The position numbers and the translations under genes are program-made. Shown here in pieces: positions 52,160 to 64,000 of a DNA stretch of 64,000 nt; position 1 is the first letter of the stretch, and each line of letters opens with the position of its first letter. The DNA comes from Camelus dromedarius (Eukaryota). The stretch spans positions 98,830,001 to 98,894,000 of the forward strand of contig NC_087436.1 in NCBI RefSeq assembly GCF_036321535.1, given 5' to 3'. The notes below the pieces were generated by a model. It saw only the letters and a list, made by a program, of their open reading frames with translations, did not search any database and was not told the origin of the DNA.

Positions 52160-54325
52160 CAAATGGCAAAAGTGATGACCCACATAACCCTTAACTGTAG
52201 AGTGGGAATCTGAACCAAAATCGTAGGTTTGCACCAATTCCCACTGCCCCAAAAGGGAGGCTGGAGTAAAATTTAGTGTAATATAGTTTTAATTTCAGTG
52301 CTTAGATGCTTAGGCAAATACTTGGAAACAAATTCCCAGATCAATTGAAGCAACCTTCAGAGATCAAGCTGTTTAGTAGCTGCTTACAAGACTTAGTAAA
52401 ATTACAATCTACTGTTGTCTGACACCATGACAGGCTTAATAAATCAAGCATAAGGAATATACATGTTTATTTGTGTGTGTGTATAACTACATACACAGAG
52501 AGACATAGATATATACACACACAGTACATTGCTATATGTATATCTCTTGTCTAATTTATATCTACATCTATGTCTATACATATCTCTTTATATATTTTCT
52601 TATGAATATGACAAGACACTGATTCCACCATGCATGAGTTTGCTCCACACAGAATTAGCTAGAAGAGAAACACGCAAAAACATCCTGTAATTAACTTAAA
52701 GGCAAAATTGAAATCTGAAATATAGCGACAACATGAATTATGCAAATAAATATGTCAAAGTAATCTTTTTATGTTTTTTATGTTATATTTTATCTTATTA
52801 TATAATGCATAATAATAAAGTGTATCATATCATATTATATTGAATGAAGTAATCATTGACATAGAGAGTTGGAAGTTAGATATCTTTTTGTGTCCTTCAA
52901 GTTATATCATGAGTATTATCTGCTTTTGTAATCAACTTTGCTTATAAAATTTTCCGTAGAACTGCACATTCAATATGCAAATTTAAACACTTTATCAGCT
53001 ATTAAGAAGTCATGTAGTGGTTGGGCAAATCTGTTTAATAAAACCTGGTTAGAGAGTCATTAAAAATCAAGGAACCTTAAGCCACATATACCTTCCTTCT
53101 CTTGCAGACTCAGTGTCCACAAACCTTCTGTAACACAACATACTCCTATTTCATAGCCGTCATCACAACTTAACTCTACTTTTTTTGTCTTGTTTCTTTC
53201 ACTAGGTTATAAGCTCTATAAGCACAGGGGTCAGGTCTGCATTGAGTCTACAGTAGCTGAATTCAGTAGACCTATAATAATACAGAATACATGAGTAAGT
53301 AACCTGATCTATTTGTAAGTGAAAATAAACTAAGCCTTGAATTATTAGAAAATATACTCAGAAGACTGGTCAAGTGATCATTCCATTTATTTCCATTGCA
53401 AATTCAATCTAAAACAAAAATATGTTTATAAACTTTGGCTTACAGTACAAATAAAAGAGTATCATTTCATACAATCTATCCTATAAAATACACTGCTCTT
53501 TCACAAAAGCAGTCATAAATAAATTTACTAGGGCTTTGTTTGGAGCTTGGGGGGAGTTATTTGTTCATTTTGTTTTGTTTTGGGCAGTTACAGAGATTTT
53601 ATAGTGCAGGTATTTCAAGTGCTGGCATGATTTCTGGTTTTTTAATTGAAAACTCTAGAGACCATTTCTTGATTCCTACCCTGAAAATGTTGTTTCCCTT
53701 GATTTTTCAAACTCTATTGTTCTGCCTTTTACCCTCCTAATTACTTTTCATACCTTTCTTACTATTATTCTTTTGTGTGGATACATTTGTCTCCCCAAAT
53801 CCAAATACATATCAGCAACAACTGTAACTGTATGCCTCCCCAGATCTCTCCACATTGATACTTCAGTGCATAACTGATCCCTTTCAGAGACTGAATCTTT
53901 TCTCCTCTCACAGTGCTTAACTGAGTAATTATTACAAATACAACTGAATCATAATAATCAGTGAGATATTAGAGGGAACAATTAAACTTATTCTAGTGTA
54001 AACTCATAAATAGAAAACATATGCATTTTCTAATTATTATAATAATCTCTTCCATAACACTGAGGATTTAAAAATACCTTTAAACTTCTTTAAACTAATC
54101 AAATTCTGATATACATTACAAGTTTACATACTTTGATTTAGGTAAAATTCTCACCTGGAGTAAAAACCTACAAAGGAAAACATACATTTAACTCCTTCAC
54201 ACTTCAGTTTCTTCATGTATAGCTGAGAGAGTTGAATTATATTATATGATTTCTTCCAGTTCTATAATACTATGAAAGTCTGTATCTGAAAGTGATTTCT
54301 TTCTACACTAAAACTCTTTCATTAC

Positions 54326-54859
54326 TGAGGTGGGAAGCCCCATGAAAAAGACCAGCAGGACCCACAGGCAGGCCATTACTCTCCTGCCAGCACCATCCGG
54401 TTCCCTAGACCAGTGGCATTATCTCGCTTTTTGCCTCTGAAATGGCTTACTTCTAAGAAAGTGGAACTTACCCCTAAGATTCTATTGGTTCCCTGAGCTA
54501 ACTCCTGATTGGCCCATTTGTAGTGCTTCATTTGCATGGAGCTCACTCCTGATTGGCCCATTTCTACCACTCCTTTATTGGTCCATTTCTAAAAAGCCTG
54601 TTCCTAATTAGTCACCTTTGTTATACCTTATTTGCATATGATGTTGCAAAATGTTGCAAAGTCTAGACTAATAGCCTATAAAAGGCTGTGTAAACCTACA
54701 GATGGGGTCCAGAGCTTGGAGTGTTAACTCCTCTGGGCCCACTGGCATAATAAACCTGAGTTCTCCAACTCTTCGAGTGCTGCTTGGTCTCTTGCCTGGA
54801 TCCAGGTTGCTGTCACAACTGAGCTGAAACACTGTGCTGTAACATACTTTGCTGCAACA
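54326..54859 (+). mobile_element. ERV1 solo LTR with CCAAT- and octamer-rich U3
   Basis: tgaggtgg...TATAAAA (54677)...AATAAA (54749)...gcaaca; TSD ttac/ttat. Confidence 0.88.
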
Positions 54860-56111
54860 TTATCGCTGTTTAAGTTTTATTCAAATGAATTTAATCTAAT
54901 CTGGAAAATATTTTATTGTCTTGCTTTGTAGTAACAGGAAACTGAAACTTCTAGAACATTTGGATATGGTCTGTTTCCTCTTAGCCTCTAACTTTGTCAC
55001 TTTGCTATAAGAAAATTGGATTGCCATCAAATTTGGAATAAAATTTAAAATCCTCATCTTTGCCTTTGTGATTTATTTGTTGGCCAATTTTTGAAGCCCA
55101 TGCCTCATCCTTTCTATCTCACTCAGTGTCCTTCATTTGAAATGGCTTCCTTGCTATTCTATACCAAGCCCTTTTCTATTTCTAATGTGCCCTTGCTCCT
55201 TTATCTCATTAACATCCTTCACATCTTAATGTAAATGTCACCTACTCAGGGAGCATTTCCTATATCAACAGAAAATAATTAGTGAGAAAATGAGAAGTTT
55301 ATTTTGGTTTGTGAACTACAAATTTCATGATTGCTCCTTGAATGACTTTGTTTCTTGAACTGAATGTCAATGACTTTGATAATTTTTGTCCAAAGAATTC
55401 TCAACAATTTTGGATAATAAATTATAATGGATGAGGGAGTTTCAGGTGGTACCAAAACTGATCTAGTTGAGATCTTCCATTTGCTGGAATGGAAGCTGTA
55501 GCTTCTATAAATCATTATTACTTAAATGCAATTTGCTTTTAAATAATTCAAATAAAAGCATAATTCTTTAAACAAATACAATCTACCTAAGTAGAAACTA
55601 AGCATTATTTCTGAAATAAATGCCATGTGAATTTATGACAGCTGTTCAAAAATACTAGTTTCCTTGTTAATGTCAGGAATTATGAGTTCCATAAATATTT
55701 ATTGTGTGAATGGAAACTTTCCTATATGCATAGATGTCTTTCATGGCTCAGTTTCCATTTTTGATTTTCCATTCAAGTAATACATTTATGATTACTTAAT
55801 GCATTTTAATTTTCAATTAAATAATAATAGCCAACATATTACTAAGTACATAAAAAAGCTAAAATATTTGAAAAGAAATATTATTTTATCTTTAAAAATA
55901 ATTATACTACTATATAATATGAATTTTAGCTCATGTTTTAGGTAAACACTCCTGAAAATTGATCTATTAATTTATATCTATTGCTTTAAAATAATTTATA
56001 TAATAATAGTAATAATAATACCAAGTTAGTTTACAAATTGCCAGGTATATCATTAGATGTACTAAGAGAGCTACCTATGGATATGACTTCAAAGCTATGA
56101 TAATTTGACCC

Positions 56112-56665
56112 TATTGGGACCAAGAGTAAGCCACCCCAAAAAGATTCTTCAATGGCATATTGACTGTTCTGAATTAAAATTACTTAAAAAAGAGCCAACA
56201 CAAGAGGGACACTCTGACCTGCCTTTCTGTCTCCCTGAAAGCAGAAAATAAACCTCAAATGTGAAAAGTTCACTCCATACTTCTAGAGTTAAAAGGACAT
56301 CTTTATCAGCAGAGAGGAAATTCAGGCCAAAAGGCCTGTATAAACAAGCTTTATTACTTCTTTAATTCTACTCCAGGCCCGAATTCTGTTTAGATTATTC
56401 ATTAATTGATCACCCAAACCATGTAAATTCGTTTGTCTTATCTAGTCCTTACAAATTTATTGTTTCTTAGTCTAAAAAGTATAAAAGCTGCCTGTTTTGG
56501 TCACTTCTTAGGTACCATTTCTATGGCACCTCCATGCATATGAATTTAAAAAAATTAAAAATTTATTTCTTTTTCTCCTATTAAGCTATCTTGTGTCAAT
56601 TTTTATTATTAGTTCAGACACAAGAACTTAAGATGGGTAGAGAGGGAAGTATCGCCCCTCCTCGA
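56112..56665 (+). mobile_element. MER34-like ERV1 LTR
   Basis: gccaccccaaaa...tggcatattgac...ctccctgaaagcag...tataaaag...ttgtgtcaatttt. Confidence 0.75.
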
Positions 56666-59600
56666 TACCTCCTAATATTTTCCCCACTGCGCAGGCAGTT
56701 ACCTGAAATTTTGGTCAAAGGAAAGTATTTCTTAAGATTATTATTCTACCATAGAATGATTCTTTATCAAATGCTTTTAAGCAGCCTCAAAACGTTTTTA
56801 TATTTAGAGTAAATTGATATATCTTGAGAGTCGAGATTATGGGCTAGCTATTATTTTGGATGCTTTCAAGTAAATGATCACATTAATATTATCACACTTC
56901 AAACAACTCAATATGCATTATTTTTTGCATTTATAGAGCTTCTTAGATCTTGCAGACCACAAGATGAAGGACAGGAAACTAAATCAGAGTTCCAGATTGC
57001 AAGATTATTGTTCCTTTGTTAGTGTAAAACTAAATATTGAGAAATTAGAGAGCAGGTGAAACAACTATTATTGGTTTGATTAGAAAGACTAAGATTCTCT
57101 CTGACATGGAGTGTCACTGGGAGGGGACACACAAGTGGGATGCAAAACTGTAGAGACAGAGGCAGGTCTTTCATTGGAATTTGAGATGCCAAACAAACTT
57201 GGTGACTGTCACACCCTCCTAGTCCTCCAATTAATGATGTGTTTTTCTTCCATTGTTAGCTCCAGAGTCACAGGCAAACAACTCGACTGTCTTTCCCTGT
57301 AATCCCACAAGAAGTTAAGGAACACTTCTTCTATATTAAATTATCAAAGGAAAAATTTACCTTTACCCAAGTATCCGATTTAAATCTATGACTTAGAAAT
57401 CATCATCAAACAATCACTAGTTAGTTTGATAGTTATCTTTTTATTTCTAAGTTTGAAGTTTATACTGGAACTCTTACATGTCATTTAACTGGAAATTGAG
57501 ATAAAATTAATTCTCCTGGTGACCAGGGTGATACATTATTATTAAAATACTTATTTATTTTAACCAAATGACATGATTATGAATTGTAGCTATTTACTCC
57601 AGAATTTACCTTTTCTCCTTGCCAGGTTGACCCTTTAAACTAGAACAGTAGGGAATAGTCTGATATCACTGATATTCCAAGGTTCATTCTTACTGACTTT
57701 GCAAGAGTAAAGCGTCATTTTAGAACATGCAATGGACTGACTTCATAAATACAGTTTTTGCCTTAACCATGTTAAGACTTGGAAGGTTAGAAAGTTAATT
57801 TTAAAATATTTCTCCCCATTTTAACCAAACGACGTATTCATCTTTCCTTTAATGTTGTTTGAATAATCTTTTTAAACTGAAGAAAAGTTTATATATCCCT
57901 TGAATTAAATCTTTAGTAATTAGATTTTTATAATGTACCCATCCGTCATAGCCAGAAAACCAGCCATAACAGGCTTGGCTCAACAGTTTCTTCATCTTTT
58001 CAACCAATTCAGAATCACTGTGAACTGGAAAATCTGCATTTTTTAAAAGCAAAATTACAATAATATCTTTATAATGTTTTACATCCAGCCGGTAAGAATA
58101 AGGTTGCAAATGGTCTCCAATAAGTTCTTGCCTTTTTATACATTCTATTTTGTCTTAAGTCATTGTCTAAACTAAAAGAGTTTTGGTGACCAATACCAAA
58201 TTATAGGCCTAATGGTCAGGAGACACCAGTCTTTTACAATTAAAACTTGAAAGTAACATCTCCCCAGTAATAATAAACTGAAGTCGGGTAAAAAAAAATG
58301 CTAAAACGAAAGAAAGAATTACCATGGAGAAATAAACACAAAATGCTTTTTTGGAATAGCAACAAAATCAATAAAATACAAAATGATGCATGGATCTATT
58401 GGGACATTAAACCAGCAGATTTTACCTATTTTTTATCCCCCAAAGTCCTAGATTTACCTTCAGATTCTTTTTTAACTAGTCATGAGTTTAGCACATCATC
58501 CACTGTTCCCTGCATGGCCCCATTTACATGATTCCATTTGTTTCCCTCATCCAGAAGTGAAATTTGGCTTTCACTCCTCCCTGAACTTCACCTCCAGACA
58601 TACCAGATGGCATTCCTTTGTCTGACTGAGATTTCTTATTAAAACGGAGGGGGATTCTCCCATTGTTCTTCTGATATTACTCTCCTTCATTTTCTGTAAT
58701 TATACCATAACCCTGAAGTAAACTGCATGTAACACGCATGAACTTGACCACAACTGTACTTCTCTTAATGGTACTTGTGATTGAATTGAAGTGTTTCATC
58801 ACAGTTTGCTATTTTATTTGTAAAGCAATAAATTTCTAGCAACAGAAAATATGAGTATTTTCCCCAAATGTATACATCTTCAAAACTCAGCAGCCATTTG
58901 TAACATCTGGATTCTTAGTTGAATTTCTGAGTAGTAAGTAAGGTGAGGTATGTTTAGTCACTTAGAGATACTGAAAAAAAGGATGAGTGATATACTTCAG
59001 CATATTTTTCCTAATTAATGCATTATATCTAATAAATTATTGCAATCATTAACTAAGTTGTCATCAAAAGTCAATGCCAAATTGACTATGAGCCTTTCTC
59101 TTGTGTAATAATTTTTTTTTACATCTTCTGATAAGTATGATCATCTGATTGTGGTTTTTCTGTTGAGCCCAGTAAGTTGTTTTTACAACAAATAGAAATT
59201 GACTGGCCTCATGTACATCCTTAACAAGTATATGATTCCACCATAGATTATATTTCTGCCCTCGATAGTTTTCTAAAATCTTTATCCCTTTCCTTTTGGC
59301 TCTTTGAAAGCAGTAATTCTTTGATAACCTTATTTCTCTCTTTAAGTATTTTTTCTTCTTGAATGTTTAAAAAAAACCCTCTTGCAATGAAAACAGATAA
59401 TACTCTGGTTGAAGTACTATAAATATGATCAAAACAAATTAACAATTACATAATTGTTTGGGCCCTAATGAGTATTTCCTTTTAAGAAAGGAAACATGAA
59501 GTCAAAAATATGAGATTAACCTTTATATAAAGAATGGTATTCAAAATGCTATTAAGTCATTAACTTCGGTAAATAGGCATTTAACCTTTGTCAAAATGCA

Positions 59601-60669
59601 ACAGTGTTTAACCTTTGTGTTTAAAATAGTGCTTCTATTAGGTATGCTTCAATTGCTGCAGATCAAATAGGAAGCAAGCTGCCTCTTGACCTGAAATTTA
59701 AACTAATCCTGATGCGACCTTTGCAAGAAGTTAAACCAAAGTTTGTTGAACTTTATTTTAAAACAGCAGCATTTTTTTTTCCAGTTTTGCAGACCTTTGC
59801 ATATATCCCACTTCCTGCTGGGTGGGGACGGCTCCAAAATGCTGCAATGAAAAGCTGTTGCTGTTGTATTTGTTTTTTTGGAAGCTGGAAGCAAAGAACA
59901 TTCTCTTGAGAAAGTATGTTTTAACAGTATTTCCAGCCAAATTTTGCAAACTCAAGAGATTCAGATTAACATTTATACTTACGCTTATGGAAAAGTACAA
60001 TTCTAATGTCTTGCCATTTACTCATTGTTAATTTACAGTCTTGGAAGAGTAAAGTCATGATTTATCTATTATGGGGATACCAGTTGTACAGAAACCATAG
60101 CTTCAAATCAGAAAGAATTATTTTCCTTCAACTATTTGCATCAGTCACCCTTAGTGATCCACTGATACATTTCAATTTTCCTCCTAATTAGAGCACACAG
60201 TTCTGTCTTCTGTGTGTTCCACAACAGATGTGATATTTGCAAGCATCTCAGGGGAAGGTATGTTCTTCTGAAAGATGCTTACCTACATAACTAAAAAGAT
60301 TTTCAGGAGCCTCTGAAAATCTAAACTAAAAAGCACAACTTTTCCATAAATAGACACAAGTGGAAGGTGAGGGAATGGGGTCCTGCTGTCCTTAATTGCC
60401 TTCTTTCTTCTGGTGAGCAGATCATCAAATAGATAGGAACTATAAAGTGGCCTTCTGATGTAAAATCATGAAAGATAAATCGGAGGAGATGTTCAAATGT
60501 TAAAGGAAAGTGTGCCTCCCTTTCAGAATGTGTCTCTGTAATATAGTCTTTGGCATTGTGCTGAGACCCATTCTTTTATATACATTTACATATTCTATAA
60601 ATTATATATGCAGGAGTTTATGAACCCTTCAATTTTCAAAGAGAGAAAGCAAAGCCTTAGAGGAGAAGA

Positions 60670-60953
60670 TGAGACAGAAGAGAAGGGGGCGGGCCACAGC
60701 CACTGAAGGAATAACACAGCAGCTGAGGACTGGTAAACTGGTTAGAACTAAGATGGCAGAAAGTTCAACTTCCAGTAGACCTTGAGCCTAATTACACACT
60801 CACAGGTGCCACGAAGGTTCCCAGGCTGACTGTAAAAGCCCACACTCTGTCTGTGGAGTGTGTATCTCCCTGAATAAATTTACTGTCACTTTGCTATGGC
60901 TAACTCTTGACTCCTTTCCTGTGTGAGACAGGAACCTATTATCTTTAGTAACA
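60670..60953 (+). mobile_element. Short (284 bp) ERV1 solo LTR
   Basis: tgagacag...aagatggc...aataaa...agtaaca; perfect TSD AAGA. Confidence 0.85.
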
Positions 60954-61543
60954 AAGATACTGGAACACTTGCACTAAGCACCACCAGTTCTCTAAGTTTT
61001 CAAGTAAGTCAAGTTAGTTTTGAGCATTTAGTGATCCATACATTCTAGGTGACTGCTTCTCTCATTTTCTGGTTCTTATGGTCTATTAACTATCCAGTTG
61101 AAACTTCTTTAGGACTGTTAGCTACCTAAACATTACCAACCCCAAAAGGTTGGCATTTGGGTCTGCTTTGTTCAGGCCTGTGTCCCCAACTCCTAGGGCA
61201 TTGCCTGGGAGAGAATAAGGGCTTAGAAAAAGTTTACTGAAGAAATAAATAATTTCTGCACATTAATGAACTATTGAATTGTAATGTTAACTTTTCAAAA
61301 CTCATTTGCATTATAATAGGCCAAGGAACCCCTAAAGCTAAAGAAATGCAGCATTTGTTAAAGAAACTTTGAAGAATTAACCAATATGTTTAAAGATAGA
61401 TTTGGTGTTAAGAGGAGATTCAAGCAGAATAAGTGACAAGAAAAAGCATTTCAAATGCTTGGATTTCAAAAAACAGTGAGTGGTCTATTTTGTCTCAGAG
61501 TAAAACCCACTTTGCAGAGATGCACTTCCTCTTAAATAACTGA

Positions 61544-62048
61544 TGTAAGGAAGGAAAAAGCTGTTTTCAGCCCTCTTAGGGTCCTTGACTAGGTCTAAAA
61601 ATTAAATTGACAAAGACAGATTAACAGGATAAAGCATACAAAGTTCTGTGTGACAAGGGAGCCTTCACAAGGAAATGAAGACCTGGGAAAAAATAACAAG
61701 CTGGAATATTTTTTATATATGCTAAACTGGGTGAAGAGTGGATAGCCATGTAGAAATATGTCAAAGAGTATGCTTAAGAGTATGCTTAAACTGGGGGAAA
61801 CTCAGCAAAGTTTGTTCAGATTCTTTTCAGCATCCCTTAGCTTTTGGATGTAAGGATGAAGATAAGTACAGGGAGGGTTCCTCTCACATGAGGGTTTTGT
61901 GACCTATTTCAGAGAAGAAAAGCCAGGGGGCAGTTGGGGAGGATGTAAGAGTGATATTCCTGCTTCTGCCATTTTCTCAAACTCCTTCAGCTTAAAATAT
62001 TCAATGTGAAATGTCAAATTTGGGGGTAATGTGTCCTGAAATCCATCA
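61544..62048 (-). mobile_element. MER34/MER39-group ERV1 LTR
   Basis: aattaaattgaca..acagattaacagg...ccttcagcttaaaatattcaat...catca; TSD ctga/ctgg. Confidence 0.75.
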
Positions 62049-62179
62049 CTGGCAAATTGCAGCACACTCATTTTGAGAATCATTTAGGGTTTATTTTCCC
62101 TAAAGACATTAATTTTTCAGAAGTTTCTTTGGAAAGAAGTTCTTTGCATTTTTCCATTTTTGGTGTCTGGGATGAGCTC

Positions 62180-62518
62180 TGTCTTAGTCAGTGTGGGCTG
62201 CAACAACAAAATACCACAGATTTTAAAACAAAAATTTATTTTCTCCATGTTCTGGAGGCTGGAAGTCCAAGATCAGGATGCCAGCCTCCTGGTGAGAGCT
62301 CTCTTTCTGGCTTCTTTGCCACCTTCTGCGTGAGTCCTCACATGACAGAGAGGGGGTTCTAGTGTCTCTTCCTCTCCTTGCAAAGTACTAATCCCATTTT
62401 GAGGGTTCTACCCTCAAGACCTCATCAAAACCTAATTATCTTCCAAAGACTGCATCTCAAATACCATTATCCTGGGGGTTCGGGCTTCAACTTAGGGGAC
62501 ACAATTCAACCCATAGCA
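62180..62518 (-). mobile_element. MLT1A-like LTR
   Basis: tgtcttagtc...ttctggaggctggaagtccaagatca...ggggacacaattcaacccatagca. Confidence 0.9.
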
Positions 62519-63210
62519 GCCCCTAAATGCGAGATTTTTGTATGGATCCACTTTGTACCCTGGCCAAAAAAAAGGGTTCTTATATAATTCTTACCCACAT
62601 ATTTCTGCATCAAGAATACAGATATCAATAGAAAAAGTAAAAAATACAGCCTATAAGATTCATATCATTTAGCTTATTTTTTTTCAGCTGTACTCCTTTG
62701 ACTTATACCAAGATTGTACCTTTCTTGGCAAGAATATTCCTGTCCACATTTGAACTTGATGTTCTAAAAAGTTAACTATTTCTTACAGAGCTGGCAGACA
62801 AGGCCAAAGAAATTAGGTAAATGCAATGAAATGAGCAGTTCCGTCAAGATGGGGCCAACTCATCAGACCCAAGGTGGAGGCTATAGGCATCCTATCCTCT
62901 GTTAAATTTCCTTCAGTTTTTTTTAAGTCTTAATCATTTATGACCCAAGGACACACTTTTTGCCACAAATATATTTAAAGAGGAAAAGCATAATTTTTGA
63001 CTTATATAACTTAACATTACAAATATATTATACTAATTACATTAATATAATATTAAATACATTAATGATAATACACAGATTTACTGAGCTCATGCTATGA
63101 ACACAGTCTATTCATTTAGACTCTTTACATAAATTATCTCACTGTACTTCCTAAAAGTTCTGCAAAGTAAATATGCACTGTAGTGCATATTTAATTTAAA
63201 AAAAAAAATC

Positions 63211-63539
<329 letters not shown>

Positions 63540-63889
63540 ATCTCAAATGTTTCTGACACTTAGAGAAATTTCCCCAACCACCAAAGTTAGTAAGTACTTC
63601 AGTAGTGATTGAACACAACTCTAATTTGCACCCATGTCATTATCACCAGTGCTGTCTCTCCCATAACTGAGGAATTCATATAATTCTATAGAGAAAAAAA
63701 TAGCACTGAAACTTAAGAGTTAAAGATTTGCTTTTCAGTGCTAACTCATGAACTTAACATTTTTTAACACATTTTGAAAACAAAAGATGTTTTGACATTA
63801 CTTTCAAAAGATGGTATTCAATAAGAATTAGCACAGACTAAGTAAAAATGAATCAAGAGAAGTTAAAAGTATTTTTATTTACCTAGGAT

Positions 63890-64000
63890 TTGACCAAGAT
63901 GGCCTTAATGTTTCTCCCAATTTAACTAAACAGTCAGCAGGCTTCTTACTGACTCTAGGTCCTGGTCTCCCTTTACTTAGAGCATTTACTTTAGAGAGCA
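63890..64000 (+). mobile_element. Start of an ERV1 LTR (MER67/MER90-group-like), running off the window
   Basis: tgaccaagatggcctt...ctgactctagg...cttagagcatttactttaga. Confidence 0.7.

Overview
AT-rich, CpG-depleted mammalian non-coding DNA, intergenic or deep intronic. It is most likely camelid, because a Vic-1-type tRNA-derived SINE lies at ~63.2-63.5 kb. I found no credible host protein-coding exon, RNA gene or CRISPR array; the longer ORFs are pieces of L1, LTRs or microsatellites. The main structure not shown by the ORF track is a heavily decayed class I (ERV1/gamma-like) provirus on the minus strand, ~6.67-14.9 kb. It has two same-family LTRs, a tRNA-Arg-like PBS, a PPT, and collinear RT, RNase H and integrase remnants. 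gag-pro appears deleted, and six younger LTR insertions sit inside it. Also present: a nested L1>LTR>L1 stack whose inner L1 has a twin-priming-type 5' inversion, a 3 kb L1 with a perfect 17-bp TSD, many solo LTRs with 4-bp TSDs, and MER20, MER91, Tigger1, MIR, L2 and MLT1 relics. Family names come from recalled consensus sequences, not a database search. I do not see evidence for a new biological system; the interesting content is transposon archaeology plus a few candidate regulatory elements.
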